In this document: piece after piece, positions 17,686 through 26,723 of the stretch
How positions within the stretch are numbered: position 1 is the first letter of the stretch
Layout of the letters: every line of letters starts with the position of its first letter
Source: an uncultured Bryobacterales bacterium
GTDB lineage: Bacteria; Acidobacteriota; Terriglobia; Bryobacterales; UBA6623
Reading direction: 5' to 3'
DNA length: 46,722 nucleotides
Assembly (NCBI GenBank): GCA_964405625.1
Contig: CAYOPA010000002.1
Coordinates: 1 to 46,722, forward strand
Position numbers and translations under genes: made by a program
Notes under the pieces: generated by a model
Database searches by the model: none
The model's input: only the letters and a program-made list of their open reading frames with translations
Told to the model about the DNA's origin: nothing

Positions 17686-19491
17686 CTACTCGTCGTCGGA
17701 GACGCTGAGCACCGCCAGGAAGGCTTCCTGCGGGATGTCCACCCGGCCGACGCGCTTCATGCGGCGCTTGCCCTCTTTCTGCTTGTCGAGGAGCTTGCGC
17801 TTGCGGCTGATGTCGCCGCCGTAGCACTTGGCCAGCACGTTCTTGCGGATGGCCGAGATGTTGTCGCGGGCGACGATCTTGTTACCGATGGCGGCCTGCA
17901 GGGCGACCTCGAACATCTGCCGCGGGATAAGCTTCTTGAAGCGGCCGATGAGGATCTTGCCGCGCGCGTGGGACTGGTCCTTATGGGTGATGATCGACAG
18001 GGCGTCGACGGGCTCGCCGGCGACCAGGATGTCGAGCTTGACCATGGGCGACTCCCAGTAGCCGAAGAAATGGTAATCGACCGAGGCGTAGCCGCGCGAG
18101 ACGGTCTTGAGGCGGTCGTAGAAGTCGAGAACGATCTCGTTGAGCGGCACCTCGTAGGTGAGCATCACGCGGTCGCCGCCGACGTACTCGAACTTCCGCT
18201 GCTGTCCGCGCTTGTCTTCGAGCAGCGCCAGGATGCCGCCGAGATACTCGTCCTGCGTCAGGACGGTGACCTCGAAAACGGGCTCTTCGATCTTGGCGAT
18301 CTTTTGGGGCTCGGGCCAGCGGCTGGGGTTGTCGACCTCAATAACGCGGCCGTCAGTCAGATGCACGAGGTAGCGGACGCCCGGCGCGGTGGTAATCAGG
18401 TCCAGGCCGAACTCGCGCTCCAGCCGCTCCTGCACGATTTCCATGTGAAGCAGGCCGAGGAACCCGCAACGGAAGCCGAAGCCGAGAGCGACCGAGCTTT
18501 CGGGCTCGAATAAGAAGGACGAGTCGTTGAGCTTGAGCTTTTCGAGCGCGTCGCGCAGATCCGTGTGTTGGTGGGCTTCGACCGGATAGAGGCCGGCGAA
18601 GACCATCGGCTTGGTCTCCTCGAAGCCGGGCAGCGGGCCGGCGGGCGGGTTGTCGGCGTCTCCGATGGTGTCGCCGACCTTGGCGTCGCCGACCTCCTTG
18701 ATGTTGCCGACGATCCAGCCGACCTCGCCGGAGGTGAGCTCCTTGCAGGGGATGTGCTTGGGCGTACGGTATCCCAGCGCTTCAACATCGAACACCTTTC
18801 CGACGGCGTTCAACCGGATCCTCATCCCCTCGCGGATGGCGCCGTCGACGACTCGCGCCAGGATGATGACGCCGCGGTAGGCGTCGTACCAGGAGTCGAA
18901 GATCAGCGCCCGCAAGGGAGCATTGGGATCGCCTTTGGGCGGCGGGATGCGCTTGACGATGGCCTCGAGCACATCGGGAACGCCGAGGCCGGACTTGGCG
19001 CTGATCATCAGCGCTTCGGAAGCGTCGAGACCGATCGAGGACTCGATCTGCTCTTTGACGCGGTCGGGCTCGGCCGCCGGCAGGTCGATCTTGTTCAGGA
19101 CCGGGACGATTTCGAGGTCGTGCTCCAGTGCAAGGTAGGTATTGGCCAGGGTTTGGGCTTCCACGCCCTGGGCGGCGTCCACCACCAGCAACGCCCCTTC
19201 GCAAGCGGCCAGACTGCGGGAGACTTCGTAGGAAAAATCCACATGGCCGGGCGTGTCGATCAGATTGAGCTGGTAGGTTTCGCCGTCCTGGGCCGGGTAG
19301 AGCAGGCGGACGGTCTGGGCCTTGATGGTGATGCCGCGCTCGCGCTCCAGGTCCATCGAGTCGAGGACCTGCTCCTGCATCTCACGCTCGGTGAGTGCGC
19401 CGGTGAGTTGGATCAGCCGGTCGGCCAGGGTCGATTTACCGTGGTCGATGTGGGCGATGATCGAAAAATTACGAATGCGGGACGGGTCCAT
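17686..19491 (-). CDS. lepA: Translation elongation factor 4 (LepA)
   Basis: [32 protein letters not shown] and NKIDL GTPase motifs, plus the conserved LepA C-terminus [23 protein letters not shown]-like. Confidence 0.97.
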   Translation of the reverse strand: MDPSRIRNFSIIAHIDHGKSTLADRLIQLTGALTEREMQEQVLDSMDLERERGITIKAQTVRLLYPAQDGETYQLNLIDTPGHVDFSYEVSRSLAACEGALLVVDAAQGVEAQTLANTYLALEHDLEIVPVLNKIDLPAAEPDRVKEQIESSIGLDASEALMISAKSGLGVPDVLEAIVKRIPPPKGDPNAPLRALIFDSWYDAYRGVIILARVVDGAIREGMRIRLNAVGKVFDVEALGYRTPKHIPCKELTSGEVGWIVGNIKEVGDAKVGDTIGDADNPPAGPLPGFEETKPMVFAGLYPVEAHQHTDLRDALEKLKLNDSSFLFEPESSVALGFGFRCGFLGLLHMEIVQERLEREFGLDLITTAPGVRYLVHLTDGRVIEVDNPSRWPEPQKIAKIEEPVFEVTVLTQDEYLGGILALLEDKRGQQRKFEYVGGDRVMLTYEVPLNEIVLDFYDRLKTVSRGYASVDYHFFGYWESPMVKLDILVAGEPVDALSIITHKDQSHARGKILIGRFKKLIPRQMFEVALQAAIGNKIVARDNISAIRKNVLAKCYGGDISRKRKLLDKQKEGKRRMKRVGRVDIPQEAFLAVLSVSDDE

Positions 19492-19727
19492 GCGGGAAGG
19501 AGCCCGACAAGGGCCCCTTCGCTCAGGCTAACAGGTTTTCAGGCCCAGCCCTCGGTGCGGAAGTGCGAGGCGTCGGGCGTGGTGTAGGGCAGCGTGAGCT
19601 GTGGGGTTTCGATGCGGATGTCGCCCTGGTGGGCCGAGTCCATCAGGAAGTCGAGGGCGCCGCTGGTCAGCACGGTGCGCTCGATGGGAACGTGGCGCGG
19701 GCTTTGGCGCGATGCACATCTCAAGCC

Positions 19728-19791
19728 GACGGACAAGAATGTCCGTCGCTACCCAAGGCAGCTTCAGTAGGGGCGGACATTCTTGTCCGCC
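19728..19791. repeat. REP-like element: two inverted hairpin copies with core GGACAAGAATGTCC
   Basis: GACGGACAAGAATGTCCGTC (19728-19747) and GGCGGACATTCTTGTCCGCC (19772-19791). The cores are reverse complements and each is a hairpin with an 8-bp stem. Lies between xylB and lepA. Confidence 0.7.
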
Positions 19792-19799
19792 CCCTGAAA

Positions 19800-21323
19800 T
19801 CACATACGGGCGAAAGTTGGTTGGAGGGCTGGGTAGAGGGATTGGTAGATCTGGTGGCTGGGTGCGTAGACCGCGACCAGTTCCGGATCGGGGCTGATGC
19901 GGGCGCGCTCGCGGATGGTGGCGCGGCAGGCGTCTTCCACGGAAGCGAAGCGCTGCGAGCCGACCATGGCGAGCAGGGCGGCTCCGTAGGCCGAGCCCTC
20001 CTGGGTTTGCAGCGTGGAGATCGGCTTGTTGAAGACTCCGGCGAGGATGGACCGCCAGAAGGGGCTCTTGGCGCCGCCGCCCGAGGCTCGTACGGATTCC
20101 ACCGAGGCGCCGAGGGATTCCACGATATCCAGACAATCCTTGAGGCTGTAGCTGACGCCTTCGATCAGCGACCGAATCAAGTGGGCGCGGGTGTGCTTGG
20201 CGGTGAGGCCGATCCAGCCGCCGCGTGCGGAAGGGTCAAGGTGCGGCGTCCGTTCGCCCATCAGGTAGGGGAGCCAGAAGAGCCCTTCGCTGCCGGCGGG
20301 GGCGTGGGCGGCTTCAGCCATGAGCAGTTCGTAGGCGTCGCCGCCTTCAAGCGCGGCCTTGGCGACGGCGTCGCGTCCAAGCTGGTTCCGAAACCACTGC
20401 AGGCTCAAGCCCGCGCCCTGGGTGACGCCCATCACGTGCCACTTGCCGGGGACGGCGTGGCAAAACGTATGGGCGCGGCCGCCGGGGTCGTAGGCGGCCT
20501 TGTCCAGATGGGCGAAAACAACGCCCGAGGTGCCAATGGTGCACGAGACGAGGCCGGGCTCGACGATGCCATTCCCGACGGCGCCGGCGGCCTGGTCCCC
20601 CGCCCCGGCGACAACCGGGGTTCCGGCGGCTAGGCCCGTCGTTTCGGCGGCGAGAGCGGAGATTCTTCCGACGACCGCGCAGGATTCAAACACGGGCGGC
20701 AGGATGGAGGCGTCAATGCCCAGCTTGTCGACAAGCGGCAGCGCCCAGCGGCGGTTGAGCACGTCGAACAGGCCGACGCCGGACGAGTCGGAGACGTCGC
20801 CGGCGTAGTCGCCGGTGAGCATGAAGCGCACGTAGTCCTTGGGTAACAGGAGCTTGCGGATACGGGCGTAGTCGGCCGGCGCGTTGTCGCGGACCCAGAG
20901 CAGCTTGGGGGCGGTAAAGCCGGTCAGAGCGGGGTTGGCGGTCTGCTGGAGGACGAAGTCCTGGCCGGCGGTCTGGTTGATCCAGTCGACCTGCTGTTGG
21001 CTGCGCTGGTCGCACCAGATGAGGGCGGGGCGGATCACGCGGTCGGCTTCGTCGAGCAGGGTGAGCCCGTGCATCTGGCCCGAGAGGCCGACGGCGGCGA
21101 CCTGCTCGCCCTTGGCGCCAATCTTGGCGAGCGCCTCGCGAATGGCTTCCTGGGCGGCGTCCCACCAGTTCTCGGGGCGCTGCTCGGCCCATTGGGGCCG
21201 ATCCATGCGCATCTCTTCATGCGCTACGGTGACGGCGGCTGCGACGGAGCCGTCGGACTCCACCAAGAGCGCGCGCGAGCCGCCGGTGCCGATGTCGATT
21301 CCGAGCCAGTACTGCTGTGTCAT
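19800..21323 (-). CDS. xylB: Xylulokinase (FGGY carbohydrate kinase)
   Basis: N-terminal YWLGIDIGTGGSRALL. FGGY motifs GLSGQMHG and GAGDQAAGAVGNG. Length 507 aa. Confidence 0.85.
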   Translation of the reverse strand: MTQQYWLGIDIGTGGSRALLVESDGSVAAAVTVAHEEMRMDRPQWAEQRPENWWDAAQEAIREALAKIGAKGEQVAAVGLSGQMHGLTLLDEADRVIRPALIWCDQRSQQQVDWINQTAGQDFVLQQTANPALTGFTAPKLLWVRDNAPADYARIRKLLLPKDYVRFMLTGDYAGDVSDSSGVGLFDVLNRRWALPLVDKLGIDASILPPVFESCAVVGRISALAAETTGLAAGTPVVAGAGDQAAGAVGNGIVEPGLVSCTIGTSGVVFAHLDKAAYDPGGRAHTFCHAVPGKWHVMGVTQGAGLSLQWFRNQLGRDAVAKAALEGGDAYELLMAEAAHAPAGSEGLFWLPYLMGERTPHLDPSARGGWIGLTAKHTRAHLIRSLIEGVSYSLKDCLDIVESLGASVESVRASGGGAKSPFWRSILAGVFNKPISTLQTQEGSAYGAALLAMVGSQRFASVEDACRATIRERARISPDPELVAVYAPSHQIYQSLYPALQPTFARM

Positions 21324-22285
21324 TTCGATTCACGCTGGGCCTGGATCGGCAAGTAGGCGGCGCCGTAGATGCCTGCCTTGTTGCCGAGTCGGGCCTTTTC
21401 AATGCGGGTCTGCGAGCTGCGGTAAGTGATCGAGCGCCGCTCGATCTCCGCCATCATCGCTGGGGCGAACAGATCCCACGAGGCGAGAATACCGCCAGCG
21501 AGCAGGTAAAGCGGAAAGTTGAAGGTGTTGATGAGGCCGGCGATGCCGATGCCGAGGCCCCAGCCCATGTGCTCGAAAACCTCGCGGGCGGCGCGGTCCC
21601 CGGCTTCGGCTGCCCGGGCGCAGAGCAGCGGGTTGAGCTTGCCCTTCTTTTCCAACACCGCCGCCAGGGCGGGAGAAGCGCCGGATCGGGCCGCTTCGGT
21701 GGCCATCTGGACAATGGCGCCGGCGGCGGATTCGGTCTCGATGCAGCCGTTGTTGCCGCAGCCGCAGACGCGGGGGGAGTGGGGATCGACGGTGATGTGG
21801 CCGACTTCGCCGGCCATGCCGAGGTAGCCATGGAGGACCTTACCGTCGCTGATGATGCCGCCGCCGATGCCGGTGCCGAGGGTGAGCAGCACGAGGTCGT
21901 CCACGTCGCTGCCGGCCCCGAGCCAGACTTCGCCAAGGGCGGCGGCGTTGGCGTCATTTTCGAGGAGCACGGGCAGTTTGAGACGGGATTCGAGGGTGGA
22001 TTGGAGGGGAAACTCTTCCCAGCCGGGTAGATTGGGGGCTTTGGCGATGACGCCGGTTTCGAGTCGGATGAGGCCGGGGACGCCGATGCCGACGCCGATG
22101 AGCTCGTCGCCGGAGTGCCCTTCGGCGACCTCCACGATCCCTTCGACGATGCGGTCGACGATCTGCTCGGGGCCGGTCTGGGACTCGGTGGGGATCTGAA
22201 AATCCTCCAGCACCTCGCCGTCGACCGCGACTGCCGAGGCGCGCAGGTTGGTGCCGCCGAGGTCTACTCCGATTGCGAATTTCAT
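21320..22285 (-). CDS. ROK-family sugar kinase (glucokinase-like)
   Basis: IGVDLGGTNLR, the ROK signature GHITVDP...CGCGNNGCIETE, and ENDANAAALGE. Its stop overlaps the xylB start by 4 nt. Confidence 0.88.
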   Translation of the reverse strand: MKFAIGVDLGGTNLRASAVAVDGEVLEDFQIPTESQTGPEQIVDRIVEGIVEVAEGHSGDELIGVGIGVPGLIRLETGVIAKAPNLPGWEEFPLQSTLESRLKLPVLLENDANAAALGEVWLGAGSDVDDLVLLTLGTGIGGGIISDGKVLHGYLGMAGEVGHITVDPHSPRVCGCGNNGCIETESAAGAIVQMATEAARSGASPALAAVLEKKGKLNPLLCARAAEAGDRAAREVFEHMGWGLGIGIAGLINTFNFPLYLLAGGILASWDLFAPAMMAEIERRSITYRSSQTRIEKARLGNKAGIYGAAYLPIQAQRESK

Positions 22286-22373
22286 TCAGACAGCCGCCTT
22301 AAAGAGGGGTAGCATATCATGAGGCCGTCGGGGTTTCGGCTGCTGTAACCGTTGTTGAACCGGACGGAGGAGC

Positions 22374-23321
22374 GTGATGCGGATCGTTGTCTTGAGTGTT
22401 TTGCTGGCGTCGGCGACGTGGGCCGCGGATGCGGATTTCAACGGACGGTGGCTGATTGAGCCAGCGGGCGAGGGGCCCAGCCGAGTGGGTTGGCTGGAAG
22501 TGCTAGGCGCCGGCTCGGGAGCCGTTGCCGGCACGGCGGTGGGATTGCAGCCGGGCGGACAGGCGGACCCCATCACGAAGGCCGCCGTGCAGAGCGGGGC
22601 GCTGACTTTTCACGTGGAACGTCCCGTCGGGCGCGGGGCGGATCGAAAGATCCAGAGCTCGGTGACGACGGCCAAGCTGATCGGCGGAAAGTTGCAGGGC
22701 GTGACGGAGCAGAACGGCTCGCAGATGCGCTGGACGGGGCATCGGGCGCCAGAGATTGCCGATCGCGACGACGGCTCGTGGGTGGAAGGCGAGCCGGTGG
22801 TGTTGTTCGACGGCCGGGGACGGGAGGCTTGGACGACGCTGCATCCGGGGCGCGAAGGCGAGTGGAGCGTGGCGGACGGGGCGCTGGTGAACAGCAAGAA
22901 CGCCGACGAGCTGGTGAGCAAGGAGAAGTTCTGGAACTTCCGGCTGCTGGTGGAATATGCGGTGGATGCGGGCAGCAACAGCGGCGTGGGGCTCCGGGGC
23001 CGGTATGAGATCCAGATTTATGACGACCTCGGGCAGCCGCCGACGAAGTCAGGCAACGGGGCGCTGTACAGCCGCAAGGCGGCGGACGTGAACGCAAGCC
23101 GGGCGGCCGGGGAGCGCCAGACGTTTGAGATCACGCTGATCGGGCGGGACCTGACGGCATTGCTGAATGGCAAGAAGATTCACGACAAGGTGGATGTGCA
23201 TGGCTTGACGGCGATGGCGACGGATTGGCGGGAGGATCAGCCGGGGCCGATTACGTTGCAGGGGGACCATGGCCCGGTGAAGTTTTATCGGATTGTGGCG
23301 ACGCCGTTGACGCGGAGGTGA
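22374..23321 (+). CDS. Exported DUF1080 (3-keto-disaccharide hydrolase-like) protein
   Basis: Signal peptide MMRIVVLSVLLASATWA. C-terminal NSGVGLRGRYEIQIYD...GNGALY...ITLQGDHGPVKFYRI is typical of DUF1080. Confidence 0.75.
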   Translation: MMRIVVLSVLLASATWAADADFNGRWLIEPAGEGPSRVGWLEVLGAGSGAVAGTAVGLQPGGQADPITKAAVQSGALTFHVERPVGRGADRKIQSSVTTAKLIGGKLQGVTEQNGSQMRWTGHRAPEIADRDDGSWVEGEPVVLFDGRGREAWTTLHPGREGEWSVADGALVNSKNADELVSKEKFWNFRLLVEYAVDAGSNSGVGLRGRYEIQIYDDLGQPPTKSGNGALYSRKAADVNASRAAGERQTFEITLIGRDLTALLNGKKIHDKVDVHGLTAMATDWREDQPGPITLQGDHGPVKFYRIVATPLTRR

Positions 23322-23324
23322 GGG

Positions 23325-23341
23325 GCGAGGCGGAGCCTCGC
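23325..23341. repeat. GC-rich hairpin GCGAGGC-GGA-GCCTCGC immediately after the DUF1080 gene
   Basis: 7-bp perfect stem with a GGA loop, the same architecture as 1437-1455. No U-tract follows. Confidence 0.45.
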
Positions 23342-23393
23342 TTGCACGGCTGGCTGGATGCTGGTGGGATGATCTGTCAAACTACAAGGCGTC

Positions 23394-23600
23394 GTGGTTC
23401 AGAAGATCGCCATTACTCTCGACGAGCAGACGGTCCGCCACCTGGACCGATCGGTGCGGGAGGGGCGCTATCCCAGCCGCAGCAAGGCCTTGCAGAGCGC
23501 CGCCGATCTTCTGTTGGAACGGGAGAAGCGAACGCGTCTGCTTCGCGAGCTTGACAAGCTGGATCCGGACGAAGAGCAGGCGCTCGCCAACTTGTACTGA
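23394..23600 (+). CDS. Ribbon-helix-helix (CopG/MetJ-type, antitoxin-like) protein
   Basis: MVQKIAITLDEQTVRHLDRSVREGRYPSRSKALQSAADLLL fits beta-strand + two helices of an RHH fold. GTG start with AAGG upstream. 68 aa. Confidence 0.65.
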   Translation: MVQKIAITLDEQTVRHLDRSVREGRYPSRSKALQSAADLLLEREKRTRLLRELDKLDPDEEQALANLY

Positions 23601-23639
23601 GCCTGAGGAATTCCCCATCAAGTGCTGTAGGATGGCCCC

Positions 23640-25310
23640 ATGTGGCGCATCCTTCCTCTTCTTGCAGTGGCCTGGTTGGCCGGCTGCTCGGCGCCGGGGC
23701 CGGAGTATGACTACGTCCTGCGCGGCGGGACGGTGTACGACGGGACCGGGGCGCCCGGCGTCGTTGCGGATCTCGCGATTCAGGGCGACCGGATTGCGAA
23801 GATCGGCGATCTGAGCGGCGCCGTCGCCAAGACGGAGATCGACGTTTCGGGCCTCGCCGTCGCGCCCGGCTTTATCAACATGATGTGTTGGTCGAATGAG
23901 TCGCTAATTGAGGACGGCAAGGCTCAATCCGACATTCGACAGGGCGTCACGCTCGAAGTGCTGGGCGAGGGGACCTCCATGGGTCCGCTGACGCCGGAGA
24001 TGAAACGTCGGATGGTAGAAGGCCAGGGCGACATGCGCTACGACGTGGTTTGGGACACGCTGGGCGGGTATCTGGAGTTTCTGGAGAAGAAGGGCGTCTC
24101 GCCGAACGTCTGCTCCTACATCGGCGCCGCCACGCCGCGCGTCGCCGTCATCGGCCACGAAGATCGTCCGCCGACAGCCGAGGAGCTCGACGAGATGCGC
24201 GCCATCGTGCGGCAGGCGATGGAAGAGGGTGCGATGGGGGTGGCGTCGTCGCTGGTCTATCCGCCCGGGTTTTTCGCCTCCACCGAGGAGCTGATTGAGC
24301 TCGCCAAGGTGGCGGCGGAGCACGACGGGGTGTATGCGTCGCACATCCGCAGCGAGGGCGAGTCTCTGGTGGAGGCCGTGGAGGAGTTTCTGCGGATTGT
24401 GCGGGAGTCGCGCGCGCGCGGCGAGCTATACCACCTGAAGGCGGCTGGAAAGTCGAATTGGGGCAAGCTGGACCAGGTGATTTCGATGTTCGAGAAGGGG
24501 CGCGCGGAGGGGCTGGAAATTACCGCCGACGCCTACACCTACACGGCCGGTTCGGCGGGGCTGACCTCAACGATGCCGCCTTGGGTGCAGGAGGGCGGTT
24601 TCGACAAGGCTCTGGAGAGGATGCGGGATCCGGCGACGCGGGCGCGCATCAAGAAAGAGATGAATGTGGCCGCCAAGGACTGGGAAAACATGTACTTGCA
24701 GGCCGGCGGGGCGGAAGGCGTGCTGTTGGTGGGGTTCAAGACGGAGAAGCTGAAGCCGTTGACGGGCAAGACGCTGGCGGAGGCGGCGAGGCTGCGCGGG
24801 GAGTCGCCCGAAGACGCGGCGATGAACCTGATTTTGGAGGACGGAGGGCGCGTGAATACGGTGTACTTCACGCAGTCCGAGGACAATTTGCGCAAGAAGA
24901 TCCAACTGCCCTGGCTGAGCTTCTGCTCGGACTCCCCCGCGATGGCGTCGGAGGGCGTTTTCCTCAAGAGCAGCGTCCATCCGCGGGCTTACGGCAGTTT
25001 TGCTCGGGTGCTGGGCAAGTTTTCGCGGGATGAGGGGTTGCTGACGCTGGAGGAGGCGGTGCGGAAGCTGTCAGGCCTGCCGGCGCGGACGCTGGGGTTG
25101 AAAGAGAGGGGACTGCTGAAAGAGGGGTTCTTTGCCGACGTGGTGGTGTTTGACCCGGCGACGATTCAAGATCACGCCACCTACGAGTCGCCGCATCAGT
25201 ACGCCTCGGGGATGGCGCATGTCTTTGTGAACGGCGGGCAGGCGTTGGCGGACGGCGAGCACACGGGGGCGATGACGGGGCGGTTTGTGAAGGGGCCGGG
25301 AGCGAAGTAG
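23640..25310 (+). CDS. N-acyl-D-amino-acid deacylase (D-aminoacylase) family amidohydrolase, lipoprotein
   Basis: Lipobox LAGC in MWRILPLLAVAWLAGCS. YDYVLRGGTVYDGTGAP...DLAIQGDRIAKIGDL...VAPGFIN start and C-terminal GLLKEGFFADVVVFDP are typical of the family. Confidence 0.8.
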   Translation: MWRILPLLAVAWLAGCSAPGPEYDYVLRGGTVYDGTGAPGVVADLAIQGDRIAKIGDLSGAVAKTEIDVSGLAVAPGFINMMCWSNESLIEDGKAQSDIRQGVTLEVLGEGTSMGPLTPEMKRRMVEGQGDMRYDVVWDTLGGYLEFLEKKGVSPNVCSYIGAATPRVAVIGHEDRPPTAEELDEMRAIVRQAMEEGAMGVASSLVYPPGFFASTEELIELAKVAAEHDGVYASHIRSEGESLVEAVEEFLRIVRESRARGELYHLKAAGKSNWGKLDQVISMFEKGRAEGLEITADAYTYTAGSAGLTSTMPPWVQEGGFDKALERMRDPATRARIKKEMNVAAKDWENMYLQAGGAEGVLLVGFKTEKLKPLTGKTLAEAARLRGESPEDAAMNLILEDGGRVNTVYFTQSEDNLRKKIQLPWLSFCSDSPAMASEGVFLKSSVHPRAYGSFARVLGKFSRDEGLLTLEEAVRKLSGLPARTLGLKERGLLKEGFFADVVVFDPATIQDHATYESPHQYASGMAHVFVNGGQALADGEHTGAMTGRFVKGPGAK

Positions 25311-25360
25311 CCGGCCAAGCCTCGGCCTGGGGGTCGAGGCGGCAGGCGTGGGCGCCTGCG

Positions 25361-26185
25361 CTACGCCGGTTGCAGTAAGGCGCGGCTGCCGGCGATGGCC
25401 GACGCCAGAAACTCCCGCAGGCGCTTGGGCTGATCGTTTTCGCCGACGAAGTCTTCGGCCGGCAGCACCGCGGCGACGAAGCCGTCGGTATGCCACCGGC
25501 CGCGCCCGGCGAGCTCCGGCCAGGCTGCCGGTTCGGGGTGCGGCCACGGGCCAACGTACCAGTAGGGCTCTTCGTAAGTGGCGTCGCCCGGGCTCAAGCC
25601 GACGCCGATGGTCTTGCCGGCGCCGACATCGATCAAGGTGGCGATGTCGAAGTGGTGCGGCCAGCAGCACACGGGAGACGAGGCGTGCTCGCGGCGCACG
25701 TCCTCCAGCACGGCGGCGGCGTTGGCATACCAGAGTTTGAGCTCGGCAAACGGCGCCGCGGGCTCGAAGGAAAAGGTTGCACTGTCGCCGTCGGGATGGT
25801 CGGGCATGTCATAGTGCAGCGGCTGAAAACCGTCGAAGCTCTGTCCCAGGCGGGACGTGATCGCTCCGGCGAGCCAGGAGTAGGCCTGCTCAGCCGTCTT
25901 GCCGGCAAAGACGGATTCAAACAGCACGTGGTCGTCGAGATCCAATAGCAGCAGCCGAAATCGCTTGAAATCGACCGCGGCTCGGAATGGACGCGGCCCG
26001 AGAATTGGTTGGCCGACCAAACATCCGAGCGAATGGCTCCAAACGAGGCTGGTGTGACGGTCGTCGTCCTGTTGGGGCAGCAGCGTACGGCCGACCCCGG
26101 AGGCAATCTGCGCCCCGAAATGAAGGTTTAGGCGGGCTTGTTTGAGGTCTTGCGGCTCGACCGAGCCCAGGCGGTTCCAACTCAT
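25361..26185 (-). CDS. Hypothetical protein
   Basis: Start set at ATG 26185 (MSWNRLGS...) with GGGAGAG about 8 nt upstream. Coding-like composition, no motif I can name. Confidence 0.5.
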   Translation of the reverse strand: MSWNRLGSVEPQDLKQARLNLHFGAQIASGVGRTLLPQQDDDRHTSLVWSHSLGCLVGQPILGPRPFRAAVDFKRFRLLLLDLDDHVLFESVFAGKTAEQAYSWLAGAITSRLGQSFDGFQPLHYDMPDHPDGDSATFSFEPAAPFAELKLWYANAAAVLEDVRREHASSPVCCWPHHFDIATLIDVGAGKTIGVGLSPGDATYEEPYWYVGPWPHPEPAAWPELAGRGRWHTDGFVAAVLPAEDFVGENDQPKRLREFLASAIAGSRALLQPA

Positions 26186-26374
26186 GCGATCGTCTCTCCC
26201 TGGATAGGTGGATGACGCACGGCCTGGCCCTGTTACTGTCGTCATCCAAACGATCTGCGAAGCAGGGCGGCAACGCCGCACCCATGTTCGAGCACTTCAG
26301 GTCGCATAATTCGGTTGTATTTAAACCATGAGACCCGCCAAGGGTCCGGTGAATCGGCCTTCTTGGCGGCGACG

Positions 26375-26632
26375 TTAGCGGGAGCCTGTAAACTCGCGCA
26401 GAAGCTCGGCGGTCTTGGCCTTTCGCGCCTTATGCTCGGCGCGGTTCGGACAGGAGCCGCAGCTCAGCGATTCGCCGTCACAATCCACCACATCCGCTCC
26501 GCCGCAAGAGCCGCGCAGGCTCTTCTTCTGGAAGATCACGCCCACGGCCATCGCGCCCGCGATGAGCAGGAAGGCGAACACGGTTATTGCGAAGGTCGTC
26601 AGCACTTCTTTATTGTAGACGCTGCCGGGCAT
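26375..26632 (-). CDS. nqrM: (Na+)-NQR maturation protein NqrM (DUF539)
   Basis: 85 aa: one TM helix (FAITVFAFLLIAGAMAVGVIF), then the Cys cluster GSCGG...C...C..C characteristic of NqrM. Confidence 0.75.
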   Translation of the reverse strand: MPGSVYNKEVLTTFAITVFAFLLIAGAMAVGVIFQKKSLRGSCGGADVVDCDGESLSCGSCPNRAEHKARKAKTAELLREFTGSR

Positions 26633-26723
26633 GCCGCCGTTGCAGCCGGGACTCTCCCGCTGATGGACTCAAATCGCCCGCTCATTAGGTTTTAGCGGCC
26701 AACCGCGCCGTTTCAGGGATACA

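Noticed and set aside
18565-20633. Plus-strand ORFs of 340 aa (18565..19587) and 356 aa (19563..20633)
   Set aside because: They are antisense to lepA and xylB, both unambiguous. Shadow ORFs.
25342-25359. Hairpin GCAGGCG-TGGG-CGCCTGC between convergent genes
   Set aside because: It is a short stem with no U-tract on either strand and abuts the stop codon of the minus-strand gene. It may be a weak terminator, but there is not enough evidence to annotate it.
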